Source of the DNA: Myxococcota bacterium
GTDB taxonomy: Bacteria; Myxococcota_A; Polyangia; Nannocystales; Nannocystaceae
NCBI GenBank assembly: GCA_039194325.1
Contig: JBCCWC010000003.1
Coordinates: 64,001 to 128,000, forward strand
Direction of reading: 5' to 3'
DNA: 64,000 bases
The notes beneath the pieces are model-generated. The model did no database searches. It saw only the letters and a list, made by a program, of their open reading frames with translations, and was not told the DNA's origin. Within the stretch, counting starts at the first letter, position 1, and the number at the start of each line of letters is the position of its first letter. Shown piece by piece: positions 62,900 to 64,000 of the stretch. The translations under genes were made by a program, and so were the position numbers.

Positions 62900-63150
62900 A
62901 TCATGGGGGACCGCACCTGTGAATGAGCAGTGGATATCCCTGCGATCAACCCGGGGAGCATCTTGGGGACACCTCGCCGACACGGACGATCCCCAGCAAT
63001 CCACACCGCCGACCCCCGGTCCTCCCCACCCCGATGATTCTTGATTATGCCCTGATATCATATACTTGAATCGCGAATCACAACCGCGCTACACAGATCC
63101 ACAGCCCCTAAGAAGACGACGAGAATTAATTTAATTCAACAAGGTTAAAA
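62900..63150. other. putative oriC (DnaA boxes, IHF-like site, trio-like repeats, AT-rich DUE)
   Basis: Box-like TGTGAATGA 62918, CAATCCACA 62997, AGATCCACA 63095; TATCATATACTTG 63056; GCCCC-TAAGAAGACGACGAG then AATTAATTTAATT. Confidence 0.75.
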
Positions 63151-63243
63151 GACTCTGCTTGGGCGACCGCCTCGGACCGCATACCCTCGGTCGACTCGCG
63201 CGCGACGCCCTACGCACCTGCCCCACGCAAATGGGAACCCTTC

Positions 63244-64000
63244 ATGGAATTCGAGATCGACCAGGCTCGCTTCTTGTCCGCTCTTTCGCTGGCCCAAACC
63301 GTGGCCGACAAGCGCAGCACGATGCCCGTGCTCGCCAACGTGTTGTTGCGAGCCGACGACGAGGGGCGCGTGGTGTGTTCGGCCACCGACATGATGATCT
63401 CGCTGACCGAGACCATTCCTGCCGAGGTCGGCACCACGGGCAGCCTCACGGTGGGCGTCCGTCACCTCCACGGGGTCGTCAAGACGCTGACCGGTGGAGA
63501 TCTGAGCTTCAAGGGGCTCGACAACCACTGGGCCCAGATCGTCTCGGGCAAGAGCGAGTTCAAGCTGATGGGCATGCCACAGACCGACTTCCCGGCGCTC
63601 CCCGACCCGGCGCATGGGGCCAAGGGACAAAAGCCGGTCGAGTTCACTACGGTCACCGGGCACGTGCTCTCCGATCTGATCCAGAAGACCGAGTTCTCGG
63701 TGTCGACCGACGAGGCGCGGGTCAACCTCAACGGGGTCTTGCTCGAGAGCGACGGGCAAACCGCGGTGATGGTGTCGACCGACGGGCACCGGCTCACCAA
63801 GTACTCACGCGCGATGGAGGGCCTGACCCTCGACAAGGGCATCATCATCCCGCGCAAGGGCATGCTGGAGATCAAGCGGGTCCTCGACCGGATCCCCGGG
63901 GAGGTGGAGCTGGCGGTCGGCGACCAGTACCTGTTCGTCCGGGCGGGCGACCTGCTGCTGTCGGTCAAGCTCAACAACGTGGTCTTCCCGCCCTACAAGC
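63244..64000 (+). CDS. dnaN: DNA polymerase III beta clamp (3'-truncated)
   Basis: Translated by eye from ATG 63244: 'MEFEIDQ...STMPVLANVLL...ATD', 'STDEARVNLNGV', 'STDGHRL', 'IIPRKG'; follows dnaA. Confidence 0.95.
   Translation, partial: MEFEIDQARFLSALSLAQTVADKRSTMPVLANVLLRADDEGRVVCSATDMMISLTETIPAEVGTTGSLTVGVRHLHGVVKTLTGGDLSFKGLDNHWAQIVSGKSEFKLMGMPQTDFPALPDPAHGAKGQKPVEFTTVTGHVLSDLIQKTEFSVSTDEARVNLNGVLLESDGQTAVMVSTDGHRLTKYSRAMEGLTLDKGIIIPRKGMLEIKRVLDRIPGEVELAVGDQYLFVRAGDLLLSVKLNNVVFPPYK

Overview
High-GC bacterial chromosomal DNA spanning the replication origin region. A myxobacterium (Myxococcota, plausibly Nannocystaceae-like) is inferred from the eukaryotic-type Ser/Thr kinase, many acidic lipoproteins, a REC-DUF4388-like protein and the parS array. 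The right end carries the origin cluster dnaN-dnaA / rpmH-rnpA-yidD-yidC-jag-mnmE, with DnaA boxes and an AT-rich unwinding element between dnaA and dnaN. The cluster is rearranged: bioF-bioD sit where mnmG is usually found, and rsmG runs directly into a parS array with no parA/parB beside it. Other housekeeping genes are rpsF-rpsR-rplI (with an S6:S18-type leader), nadA, egtB-egtD, slyD, lysC and tsaD-rsmA-mutM. The most notable accessory loci are: (1) a lower-GC cassette with a sigma70-like promoter, a ~165-nt pseudoknot-capable leader RNA and a protein joining a small helical N-domain to an FGE/SUMF1-like C-domain, lying just behind an orphan antitoxin; (2) a PMPPP-repeat lipoprotein next to a JmjC oxygenase; (3) a coupled P-loop ATPase + TPR pair; (4) an 11-haem cytochrome c lipoprotein cluster; (5) a kinase-6TM-degenerate GGDEF fusion; (6) a giant membrane ATPase coupled to MscS; (7) an AT-rich RHH + 2TM islet. 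All family assignments come from motif recognition by eye, not database searches.
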